From assembly GCA_036004365.1 (NCBI GenBank), contig DASYRN010000041.1, positions 6,167 through 70,166 on the forward strand: a stretch of 64,000 nt of DNA, written 5' to 3'. The stretch comes from Candidatus Binatia bacterium. GTDB lineage: Bacteria; Desulfobacterota; Binatia; UBA9968. Made by a program: the position numbers and the translations under genes. Below the pieces are notes generated by a model. It saw nothing but the letters and a program-made list of their open reading frames with translations, made no database searches and was not told where the DNA came from. Positions 45,176 to 52,906 of this stretch are shown in pieces. Within the stretch, counting starts at the first letter, position 1. Each line of letters begins with the position of its first letter.

Positions 45176-45784
45176 ATGGAGCTCCAAAAAATTAACGTAA
45201 AGTTTTTCACGCGAAGTCCCTACGAGGTTTCCCTGACCGACTTTATCGATATTTTTAATTCGTGGGTTCAAGGCTCGGAAGGGGATTTCTATGATTTAGC
45301 TGACTACAGTCACATGCAGGCGGGCCCGGGCATCCTATTGATAGCTCATGAGGCCAATATCAGTATTGATGAAACCGGAGGCCGTCGAGGGCTGCTTTAC
45401 AATCTCAAACGGCCCCTCCAAGGCTCAAACAGTCACAGGCTTAGATGGGTCTTTATGGCTGCGTTGGAGTATTGCCGACGCATAGAGGAAGAGCCTTCGA
45501 TAAAGGGAAGAATCAAGTTTTCCGGAGATGAGGCTCTTTTGTTGATCAATGACCGGCTTCTTGCGCCCAATAATGAGGAAAGCTTTCATGTTGTAAGGCC
45601 CGACCTAGAGGATCTAGCGCGGACTCTCTATGCGGGCGCCAACTTTAATTTAGAGCCGAGCACAAGAGATCGCAGAGAACGGTTTGGGGTGAAAATAAAA
45701 ACGCCTATCTCCTTCGACATTGTGACGCTCCTAAAGAATCTAGAGGAGCGCCATGCTGATGTAGGGAAAAGCGCGGTCACCTAG
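45176..45784 (+). CDS. Hypothetical protein (202 aa) embedded in the sulfate-assimilation operon
   Basis: It starts 9 nt after the sir stop and ends 22 nt before the next gene. I recognise no motif. Confidence 0.6.
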   Translation: MELQKINVKFFTRSPYEVSLTDFIDIFNSWVQGSEGDFYDLADYSHMQAGPGILLIAHEANISIDETGGRRGLLYNLKRPLQGSNSHRLRWVFMAALEYCRRIEEEPSIKGRIKFSGDEALLLINDRLLAPNNEESFHVVRPDLEDLARTLYAGANFNLEPSTRDRRERFGVKIKTPISFDIVTLLKNLEERHADVGKSAVT

Positions 45785-45806
45785 AATGGAAGAGAGGAAA
45801 TAAGCG

Positions 45807-47750
45807 ATGTCAATAACTGCGAAAAGTCAGGATTGGCTCCAACAGAGTGAAGCCCTAGAGAAACTTTCAGCCACAGAGCTTCTGGAGTGGGCATTTAAAA
45901 TCTTTTATCCAAGAATTACGCTGGCCTGCTCCTTTCAGGCTGAAGAGTCAGTGCTCATAGACATGATGCATGCCGTTCGCGGATCCGATTTTCGGATATT
46001 CACATTGGATACGGGGCGGCTCAATCAGGAGACCTATGATTGCATGGACGCGATACGACAGCGCTACGGGATCCACATTGAAGTTTTCTTCCCTGATGCT
46101 TCCCAGGTGGAGAGCATGGTTCGGAACTATGGGCTCAACCTCTTTTACAAATCCGTGGATTTACGCAAAATGTGCTGCGGGATCCGCAAGGTAGAGCCCC
46201 TCAACCGGGCGCTGAAGGGTTTAGATGCCTGGATAACCGGACTACGCCGTGAGCAGGCTGTTACCCGAGGCGCTGTCCGGAAGGTTGAGATCGACAAAGA
46301 CCACGGCGGAATTGTCAAGCTGAATCCATTGGCCGATTGGAGCGACAGACAGGTGTGGGACTACATCCATGAAAATCACCTGCCTTACAACAAGCTCCAC
46401 GATCAGGGGTATCCCAGCATTGGCTGCGCCCCTTGCACGCGGGCCATCAAACCCGCGGAAGATGTTCGTGCCGGAAGATGGTGGTGGGAAACACCGGAGT
46501 CGAAAGAGTGCGGACTTCATGCGGCCTCTATAGCGAAGGAAGCGGTGAAAACAGTTACAGGCGAAGAAAAAAACGGGACAGGACAAATAGCCCCTCACGG
46601 AGGGCGATTGATTAATAGGGTTCTGGTTGGACAGGAGCAGGAAGAGACGCTGGCGAAATCCGGAGAGCTTAAGAAGATCGCCCTAAATGCCCGCACCCTC
46701 TCGGATCTCGAACTCTTGGCCGTTGGGGCCTTCAGTCCTCTGGAAGGTTTCATGGGAAGGAAGGATTACGAGCGTGTCGTTAACGAAATGCGCCTTTCCT
46801 CCGGGCTCCTCTGGACTCTCCCCCTCACTCTAGCCGTTTCTTCCGATGAGGCAAAGGAGCTGCGTGAAGGAGAAGAGATAGCCCTACTCGACTCATCGGG
46901 AGAGGTGGTGGCGGTTTTCTTTCTCGAGGAGAAATATGGCTATGATAAGAAGGAGGAGGCGTGGAAAGTTTATCGGACTGACGAGGATAAACATCCAGGA
47001 GTTTGGTATCTCTACCAACGAGGGAACACGCTCTTGGGCGGTAAGATTAGCCTCGTGCGGAGGCCATCTCTCCTGTCTGGCTTTGAAGCCTACAAACTTG
47101 ATCCGGCTGAAACCAGAGCGATATTCAAGCAGCGAGGTTGGCGTACTGTGGTTGGGTTTCAGACACGAAATCCTATCCACAGATCTCACGAGTATATCCA
47201 AAAGAGCGCCCTCGAGTTGATGGACGGTCTCCTAATTCATCCTCTGGTAGGCAAGACAAAGCTGGATGACATCCCATCCGAAGTCCGGCTGCGCTGCTAT
47301 GAGGTTTTGATCGAGCATTATTTTCCTAAAGAGCGGACTCTCCTATCGGTTTTTCCTGGGGCGATGCGCTATGCGGGGCCGAGGGAAGCGGTCTTTCACG
47401 CTATCGTTCGAAAAAATTACGGCTGCACACACTTCATCGTGGGGAGGGATGCGGCGGGGATCGGGGGATATTATGGTCCCTATGAGGCTTGGGACTTGTT
47501 CGCTCTCTTTAAGCGAGACGACCTGGACATCACGCCCCTTTTCTTTGCCGAGGCTTTCTACTGCCGCAAGTGCGACGCCGTGGCCTCAGCCAAGACTTGT
47601 CCCCACGAAAGTCGCCACCATGTCGCGCTTTCTGGGACTAGGGTTCGTGAGCTGCTTCAGGTCGGAGATCCCTTGCCACCTGAGTTCACCCGCCCGGAAG
47701 TAGGGGAGATCCTGGGAGAATGGTCCCGAGGCCAATTCAACGACCAATAG
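45807..47750 (+). CDS. Fusion protein: Fe-S-type APS (adenylylsulfate) reductase (CysH-like) N-terminal, ATP sulfurylase (Sat) C-terminal
   Basis: N-half has the CC (KMCCGIRKVE) and CxxC (GCAPCT) cluster cysteines plus ECGLH. C-half has PHGGRLINR, QTRNPIHRSHE and GPREAVFHAIVRKNYGCTHFIVGRDAAG. It is a single 647-aa ORF with no internal stop. Confidence 0.85.
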   Translation: MSITAKSQDWLQQSEALEKLSATELLEWAFKIFYPRITLACSFQAEESVLIDMMHAVRGSDFRIFTLDTGRLNQETYDCMDAIRQRYGIHIEVFFPDASQVESMVRNYGLNLFYKSVDLRKMCCGIRKVEPLNRALKGLDAWITGLRREQAVTRGAVRKVEIDKDHGGIVKLNPLADWSDRQVWDYIHENHLPYNKLHDQGYPSIGCAPCTRAIKPAEDVRAGRWWWETPESKECGLHAASIAKEAVKTVTGEEKNGTGQIAPHGGRLINRVLVGQEQEETLAKSGELKKIALNARTLSDLELLAVGAFSPLEGFMGRKDYERVVNEMRLSSGLLWTLPLTLAVSSDEAKELREGEEIALLDSSGEVVAVFFLEEKYGYDKKEEAWKVYRTDEDKHPGVWYLYQRGNTLLGGKISLVRRPSLLSGFEAYKLDPAETRAIFKQRGWRTVVGFQTRNPIHRSHEYIQKSALELMDGLLIHPLVGKTKLDDIPSEVRLRCYEVLIEHYFPKERTLLSVFPGAMRYAGPREAVFHAIVRKNYGCTHFIVGRDAAGIGGYYGPYEAWDLFALFKRDDLDITPLFFAEAFYCRKCDAVASAKTCPHESRHHVALSGTRVRELLQVGDPLPPEFTRPEVGEILGEWSRGQFNDQ

Positions 47751-47781
47751 TTTATACAAAAGAGGCTTTAAAATACTGGAC

Positions 47782-48105
47782 ATGTCAGGACCTAGTAATA
47801 TCGAAGTGCAAAAAGATCTCTTTCATCACGGTTTTATCAGCAAACTTTTCCCCAGCAACAACATGGGATTGGTTCGGACTGAGAGCGGTCGAGAAATTCC
47901 GTTCTCGTTCCAGTTTGTCATTCTATTGGGTGAGGTGAACAATCCTAGTGAACTCACGGAGGGGCAGGCAGTTGGCTATGATTTAGGCTGGACCTCTAAT
48001 GGCCTCCGCGTGACCAAAATCAAGACTTATGCGGGCGAGCCGCCTGGAAAAACAGAGTCCGATTTAGAGGGGGAGGGAGGTCAAAGCCAGAATCTGCCTT
48101 CCTAG
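47782..48105 (+). CDS. Hypothetical protein, possibly OB/cold-shock-domain-like
   Basis: 107 aa, 31 nt after the fusion gene. The pattern GFISKLF...GLVRTESGREIPFSF...EGQAVGYDL loosely recalls a CSD without RNP motifs. Confidence 0.4.
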   Translation: MSGPSNIEVQKDLFHHGFISKLFPSNNMGLVRTESGREIPFSFQFVILLGEVNNPSELTEGQAVGYDLGWTSNGLRVTKIKTYAGEPPGKTESDLEGEGGQSQNLPS

Positions 48106-48894
48106 GATCTCTCCCACGAACACACCGAGTAGGGCAATGTAGAAAAGGCCGGTGGCTGCCATCGTATGAGGTATTTGTAGGGTGCGCCATATCATGTAGG
48201 ATAAAACCAAAGGGCAAACCTGGCCTATCAGCAGCCGGGCTAAAAGGAGCAGGCGGTGATTTTCCCAGAGGAGCTCAAGATTGGATGCGGCTGCCGGGGT
48301 TCCCAGCACGTACAACAACAAAGAAGAAGCGATCGCCAATCCCGCTTGAACCACTAGCGATATCAAGAAGAATTTGAAAATACGGACAAAGGGGTCGATG
48401 CTCTGTCCGGTATCGATCAGATACCAGTGGCCAATGAGCATGCCTACAGTTACCGCTCCGAGAAGCAGCGAAGAAGCAACGAAGCTTAGCGGATAGATCA
48501 AGGTCTCAATCGACCAGAAGGGGGCTCGGTGAAATGCCTCGGCACTGACGCAGAGGCCTGCCACACCCAAAAATAGAGAATGGGCAAATGCGCGAGCCCT
48601 AAGGACAACCTTCTCGCCCCAAAGAGAATAGAGATAGAGGGCAAAACTGAGCAGGAAGAGAATATAAAGGGCAATCTCTATCTTTGTTGCCAAGCTACTG
48701 GATTCACTAAGAGATCTCCTATAAAGATCAATCTTTCCCCATAGACCGAGCAACCCCAATACGAACAGGACACCAGCAGTTGATTTGTAAAAGCCCCTCT
48801 CTAGTTCGTGGAATGGAGTCGCTGCGACGGCGAAAAGACCACCCACGGCAACCTGATAAAAGAGGATCAAAAAGCTTTCCGGAAATACCTGCAT
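48064..48894 (-). CDS. Polytopic membrane protein of unknown function
   Basis: 276 aa with about 8 hydrophobic helices. It is the last gene of a minus-strand polyprenyl synthase-ubiE operon, 7 nt after the ubiE stop. Confidence 0.6.
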   Translation of the reverse strand: MQVFPESFLILFYQVAVGGLFAVAATPFHELERGFYKSTAGVLFVLGLLGLWGKIDLYRRSLSESSSLATKIEIALYILFLLSFALYLYSLWGEKVVLRARAFAHSLFLGVAGLCVSAEAFHRAPFWSIETLIYPLSFVASSLLLGAVTVGMLIGHWYLIDTGQSIDPFVRIFKFFLISLVVQAGLAIASSLLLYVLGTPAAASNLELLWENHRLLLLARLLIGQVCPLVLSYMIWRTLQIPHTMAATGLFYIALLGVFVGEILGRQILALTSLPL

Positions 48895-48901
48895 GGGTAG
48901 A

Positions 48902-49633
48902 TCAAAGTGAAGGCGATTTTTGGGCTATATGGAGGCAGACGGCTCCTCTGAGAAATCGCTCGATTTTTATCCCTTCAAAACCCGCCTGATGCATTAATTG
49001 GCTTATCGCCTCGGGCGGATCAAATATTCTCACCGAATTGCTCAGATACTGGTAAGCGCTTCGATCTCGCCCTAAGCTCGCGCCAATCCATGGAACCAAA
49101 CGGTAGAAATAAAGAGAGTAAAAAAGAGAGAACAGGCTGGGGGCTGGCGGAAACATATCTAGAGAAACGAGCTTTCCACCAGGCCTTAAAAGACGATAAG
49201 CCTGAACAAAGAAGAGAGCCAAATCGGGGATATTGCGCAATACAAAAGCAGTCATGACCGCGTCAAAGGCTTGCTCCTTGAAGGGCGGGTTCAAAGCGGT
49301 TCCTAGTATGTAATCTGTCTTGTCGCCGTACGACGTCTTCTTTTTCTTTGCCCGAGCCAGTCGCAGCATCTCAAGGGAAAAATCGAGACCAAAGATTCGT
49401 ATCTGACCTTTTAGCTCTCTTGCTGCGGTAAGAGCCAGATCGCCGGTCCCTGTCCCGAGGTCTAAGACAAGCCTGTCGTTGCTTCCCAAGGCCAGCGCCC
49501 TAACTGCTTTTTTTCTCCAACGGGTATCAAGGTGTAAGCTGAGAACCCGATTGAGAAGATCATACCGGTGAGCGATGCGGTTGAATAGCGCTTGGACGAG
49601 CTGCTGACGTTGCGTGTTGGGCGGGGACGCCAT
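48902..49633 (-). CDS. ubiE: Demethylmenaquinone/ubiquinone C-methyltransferase (UbiE/MenG family)
   Basis: FNRIAHRYDLLNRVLSLHLDTRWRK and SAM motif LDLGTGTGDLAL. Confidence 0.85.
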   Translation of the reverse strand: MASPPNTQRQQLVQALFNRIAHRYDLLNRVLSLHLDTRWRKKAVRALALGSNDRLVLDLGTGTGDLALTAARELKGQIRIFGLDFSLEMLRLARAKKKKTSYGDKTDYILGTALNPPFKEQAFDAVMTAFVLRNIPDLALFFVQAYRLLRPGGKLVSLDMFPPAPSLFSLFYSLYFYRLVPWIGASLGRDRSAYQYLSNSVRIFDPPEAISQLMHQAGFEGIKIERFLRGAVCLHIAQKSPSL

Positions 49634-49666
49634 GCTATCGGATTCCGGCCGGTGGCGGCCGGAAGG

Positions 49667-50680
49667 CTAAAAATCTCTCTCGATGATGAGCTGGACCAGA
49701 GTCTTAAGTCCGTTTCGGTATGGAGAAGGGGGAAATTTCTTGATGGATTTGAATGCTAGCTCAGCGTAGTTTCTGCAAATAACTCTAGCCTCTTTCAGTA
49801 CTTTTCCCTCGCGGATCGCTTCAATCGCCTTTCGGATCTCCTCCTGATTGGGTTGGCTGGATTCGAAAGCCTCTAAAACGGATCCCTGCTTGTCATTTAA
49901 GGCCAAGATGATAGGAAGCGAAGGATTACCATCCTGGAGATCGATCCCTGTGGGTTTGCCCAGAAGCTCTTGATGCCCGACGATGTCCAAAACATCGTCG
50001 ACGATCTGGAAAGCAATTCCAAGATTGAGACCGTATCGGCCCATCTCTTCCACCAAAGAACGGTTGGCGCCTGCCAAATAGGCGCCTACTTTGGCTCCGG
50101 TCTGAAAAAGCGAGGCCGTCTTTCGTCTTACGATTTCCAGATAATCGTCGACGGTTACCTTGGGATTCCGATTGAAATATCCCTGGAGCATCTCTCCCTC
50201 AGTTAAGTGGGTGCAGGCGTCCGCCGTCCATTGCACGACCGTCTCATCGAACTTTCCGGCAAATTCAAAGGCCTTAATAAAAAGGAAGTCTCCCGCTACT
50301 AAGGTAGACTTAAGACCGAATTTTTTGTAAGAGGATTCCTTTCCACGTCGGGTTTCAGCGCCGTCAATGATATCATCGTGAAGCAAGGTGGCTGTATGGA
50401 TAAGTTCGATCGCTGTAGCGATATCGACTATATCGTGGATTCTTTTTCCTCCGAATAGTCTAAAAGCAAGCAGAGTAACCATTGGGCGGATCCTCTTCCC
50501 GCCTCCGTGGATGAGATAGGAAGAGATCTCGGTCAGGGAACGTTCGGAGGAGCGAATAGAGCGGGTAAGAGACTGCTCTACCAGTTCCAGCTCTTCAGTG
50601 ACGCAGTTAAAAGGATCAATGGCTCCCTTGAGGGAGGGTAGCTTCTTTACAATATCCGTTAGGAGGGCGGGGCTCGTCAA
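49667..50680 (-). CDS. Long-chain polyprenyl-diphosphate synthase (trans-IPPS)
   Basis: First and second Asp-rich motifs LLHDDIIDG and FQIVDDVLD. Confidence 0.9.
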   Translation of the reverse strand: MTSPALLTDIVKKLPSLKGAIDPFNCVTEELELVEQSLTRSIRSSERSLTEISSYLIHGGGKRIRPMVTLLAFRLFGGKRIHDIVDIATAIELIHTATLLHDDIIDGAETRRGKESSYKKFGLKSTLVAGDFLFIKAFEFAGKFDETVVQWTADACTHLTEGEMLQGYFNRNPKVTVDDYLEIVRRKTASLFQTGAKVGAYLAGANRSLVEEMGRYGLNLGIAFQIVDDVLDIVGHQELLGKPTGIDLQDGNPSLPIILALNDKQGSVLEAFESSQPNQEEIRKAIEAIREGKVLKEARVICRNYAELAFKSIKKFPPSPYRNGLKTLVQLIIERDF

Positions 50681-50899
50681 TTTTCTTTTGCTTTCTTGAA
50701 ACAGAAAAAACTCCAGGCCTGAGAACTAGGGGGAAAATGGCACAGATTAGAGATCACGTCAAGACGAATGTCGCGACGCTGGAGGCGGAGGACCTGAGCA
50801 ACGCTAAAGGGTTATGTCCATCGTCAAAGACCTTCGGTCTTTTTGGGGCGTGGCCGACGCAGGAAGTCTTTAGCCGCCGCGATAAAGAGGATTTTATTC

Positions 50900-50929
50900 T
50901 TGACAATCGAAACCGCAAGTTAATATAAG
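50900..50929 (+). promoter_or_regulatory. Candidate sigma-70 promoter (TTGACA, -10 within TAATATAAG)
   Basis: Perfect -35 at 50900-50905. TATAAG is at 50924-50929 (spacer 18) or TAATAT at 50921-50926 (spacer 15). It is upstream of the gene at 50984, which has a GGAGGAGAGG RBS. Confidence 0.45.
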
Positions 50930-50983
50930 AGCAAGCAAAAATCCCAACCGTTTGGCAAGCCAAGATAGAAGGAGGAGAGGATT

Positions 50984-51688
50984 ATGGAACTATGGTTATT
51001 TCTTTTGCGGTGGATACATTTTCTTGCCGGCATAACTTGGATCGGACTTCTCTATTATTTCAATTTCGTTCAAACTCCTTTTTTCGCCGAGACTGATCCT
51101 GCGGTCAGAAGCGGCGCCATTCAGAAACTGGTTCCACGTGCGCTCTGGTGGTTCCGTTGGGGCGCCATGGGGACTTTTTTGGCTGGAATCCTAATGTATA
51201 TCCATAAGTTGAGCGAGCTGGGCGGGGCTGTTTTTTATACCTCAACATATGGCTTGGCGATCACGGCCGGTGGACTACTGGGTACGATTATGTTTCTCAA
51301 CGTGTGGCTCGTGATCTGGCCGAATCAGAAGGTCGTGATAGCGTCCGCCGTACAGGTGGCTCAGGGCGGGCAGCCTATTGCCGATGCGGCGGCACGGGGT
51401 CGTCGCGCAGCGCTTACGTCGCGAACCAACGTCGTCTTTTCGATTCCCATGCTGTTTTTTATGGGCGCAGCGAGCCATTATCCTTCACTGATCGGCCAAA
51501 CGAGCGGGGGCGCTGCGGCAGGGCTTATTATCATCATTTTGCTGATCGCCGGAGCTGTCGAAGCCAATGCGCTTGTGGGAACCCAAGGACCAACGAAGAA
51601 GCCGCTCGATTCGGTCTCAGAGACGCTCTGGGCAGGCTTTATCCTAGCGGCGGTTTTAGACGTTTTGTTCCTGCTGTTCCGTGGCTAA
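50984..51688 (+). CDS. Integral membrane protein resembling the N-terminal membrane domain of urate hydroxylase PuuD (Urate_ox_N-like)
   Basis: LLRWIHFLAGITWIGLLYYFNFVQ is a family-typical opening. Multiple TM helices, and no cytochrome c domain in this ORF. Confidence 0.65.
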   Translation: MELWLFLLRWIHFLAGITWIGLLYYFNFVQTPFFAETDPAVRSGAIQKLVPRALWWFRWGAMGTFLAGILMYIHKLSELGGAVFYTSTYGLAITAGGLLGTIMFLNVWLVIWPNQKVVIASAVQVAQGGQPIADAAARGRRAALTSRTNVVFSIPMLFFMGAASHYPSLIGQTSGGAAAGLIIIILLIAGAVEANALVGTQGPTKKPLDSVSETLWAGFILAAVLDVLFLLFRG

Positions 51689-52104
51689 CGGAGGTAGGCT
51701 GCCAGATCCGGTATGGCCGATTTAAGATACGGCTGCGCCGGCATAGCATTAGTTTTCCGTTTAGGGTTGTAGCCGGGAGGATAGGTTCCCCGAAGTACCT
51801 TTGCCTCTAGAAGTTCTTGTGAGGACCCTTTAATTGCCGGGCCGATTGATCCCTCTTTAGAGGGGTCCATGTTGTGACACGTCACGCAATGCGCCGCATA
51901 GACCTGCCTGCCTCTGGCCGGATCGCCCTTAGCCGCTGTGTCGGCAGGGCGATCTGATTCCTTTCCACAGGAGCTGAAAAAAAGAGCCAGGAGGAAAAGC
52001 AAAAACAGATACCTTACCTGTCGAAGACAATTCCCTGGCTTTACGCATGGAACAACTCTCGTGCCGTAAGGTTGCGCTGTTTCAGGGACTCTTTCCTGCT
52101 GCAT
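51685..52104 (-). CDS. Class I c-type cytochrome, probable lipoprotein
   Basis: CVTCH heme-binding motif, a distal Met (NAMPAQ), and lipobox LFFSSC. Start set at ATG 52104 because the longer ORF-track version runs through tRNA-Leu. Confidence 0.7.
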   Translation of the reverse strand: MQQERVPETAQPYGTRVVPCVKPGNCLRQVRYLFLLFLLALFFSSCGKESDRPADTAAKGDPARGRQVYAAHCVTCHNMDPSKEGSIGPAIKGSSQELLEAKVLRGTYPPGYNPKRKTNAMPAQPYLKSAIPDLAAYLR

Positions 52105-52205
52105 TACTCTAGCACTCCAACCGCTCTCCCCTCTGACAGAATCTTGGATTTGGAAAGGGATGAATAGAGAAAAATCCGTGGCTATGATACGTTGATGATA
52201 GCGAA

Positions 52206-52293
52206 TGGTGCGAAAGGGGGGAATCGAACCCCCACGGGTGTTAGCCCACAGGATCCTGAATCCTGCGCGTCTACCAAGTTCCGCCACTTTCGC
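52206..52293 (-). tRNA. tRNA-Leu (CAG), long variable arm, CCA encoded
   Basis: Hand-folded: GCGAAAG/CTTTCGC acceptor, CAGGA-TTCAGGA-TCCTG anticodon arm, variable-arm stem GGG/CCC, and GGGGG-TTCGATT-CCCCC T arm. 88 nt. Confidence 0.9.
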
Positions 52294-52371
52294 ATATCGT
52301 GCAGAGCTGGATTTCTATCTTACTTGTGCCTTGAACCTTGTCAAGCCAATTCCGTTTTTCAGGAATAATGT

Positions 52372-52902
52372 ATGAGCCAAATTCTTCTTATCGAGCCCTA
52401 TAAGGTCCTGCGGCAGGCGATTACTCTCTTCCTCTCACCGGATCACGAGATTAAGGTACAGGAGGACACCAAGGGGCTTACAGGGGAATCTCTAGTCGAG
52501 TACGATCTAATCGTTGTCGATGGAACCGCGTTGCGAGAGACCGGGCAGCTATCGCCTGAGTTTACACGGGCTCTACAGGCGACTCGCGCAAAGATATTTT
52601 GGTTAGAAGAAGACGATGCGCCGCCTTCGGTCAAGAAAGAGGAGTGGGTCATTCTGAGAAAACCCATCGAAAGGCAGACTTTTGAGAGAGCGCTGACGAA
52701 TCTTTTTTCTCCTCAACAGGTTAGGAGAGGTCCAAAAGTTGATGCCCTGAGCCCTTCAAACCCAAAGGTTGAGAGATCGAGCAAAAGAAGGCAGCCTGAA
52801 GATCTGCGACAAGCAACGCTGCAATTCATCGAGCTTACGGACGCAGTCGAAGAGGCATCGTCAACGAAGAAGGAGAAGAAGGCTCCGAAGAAGTCGAAGT
52901 AG
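52372..52902 (+). CDS. Receiver-like (atypical/pseudo-receiver) protein with a Lys-rich tail
   Basis: ILLIEPYK replaces the usual DD acidic pair. DLIVVDG and LRKPI are retained. C-terminus is KKEKKAPKKSK. It ends 4 nt before valS. Confidence 0.5.
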   Translation: MSQILLIEPYKVLRQAITLFLSPDHEIKVQEDTKGLTGESLVEYDLIVVDGTALRETGQLSPEFTRALQATRAKIFWLEEDDAPPSVKKEEWVILRKPIERQTFERALTNLFSPQQVRRGPKVDALSPSNPKVERSSKRRQPEDLRQATLQFIELTDAVEEASSTKKEKKAPKKSK

Positions 52903-52906
52903 CGTC

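Noticed and set aside
52105-52287. N-terminal extension of the cytochrome c ORF (the track gives 51685-52287)
   Set aside because: The extension covers tRNA-Leu (52206-52293). An internal ATG at 52104 precedes the lipoprotein signal.
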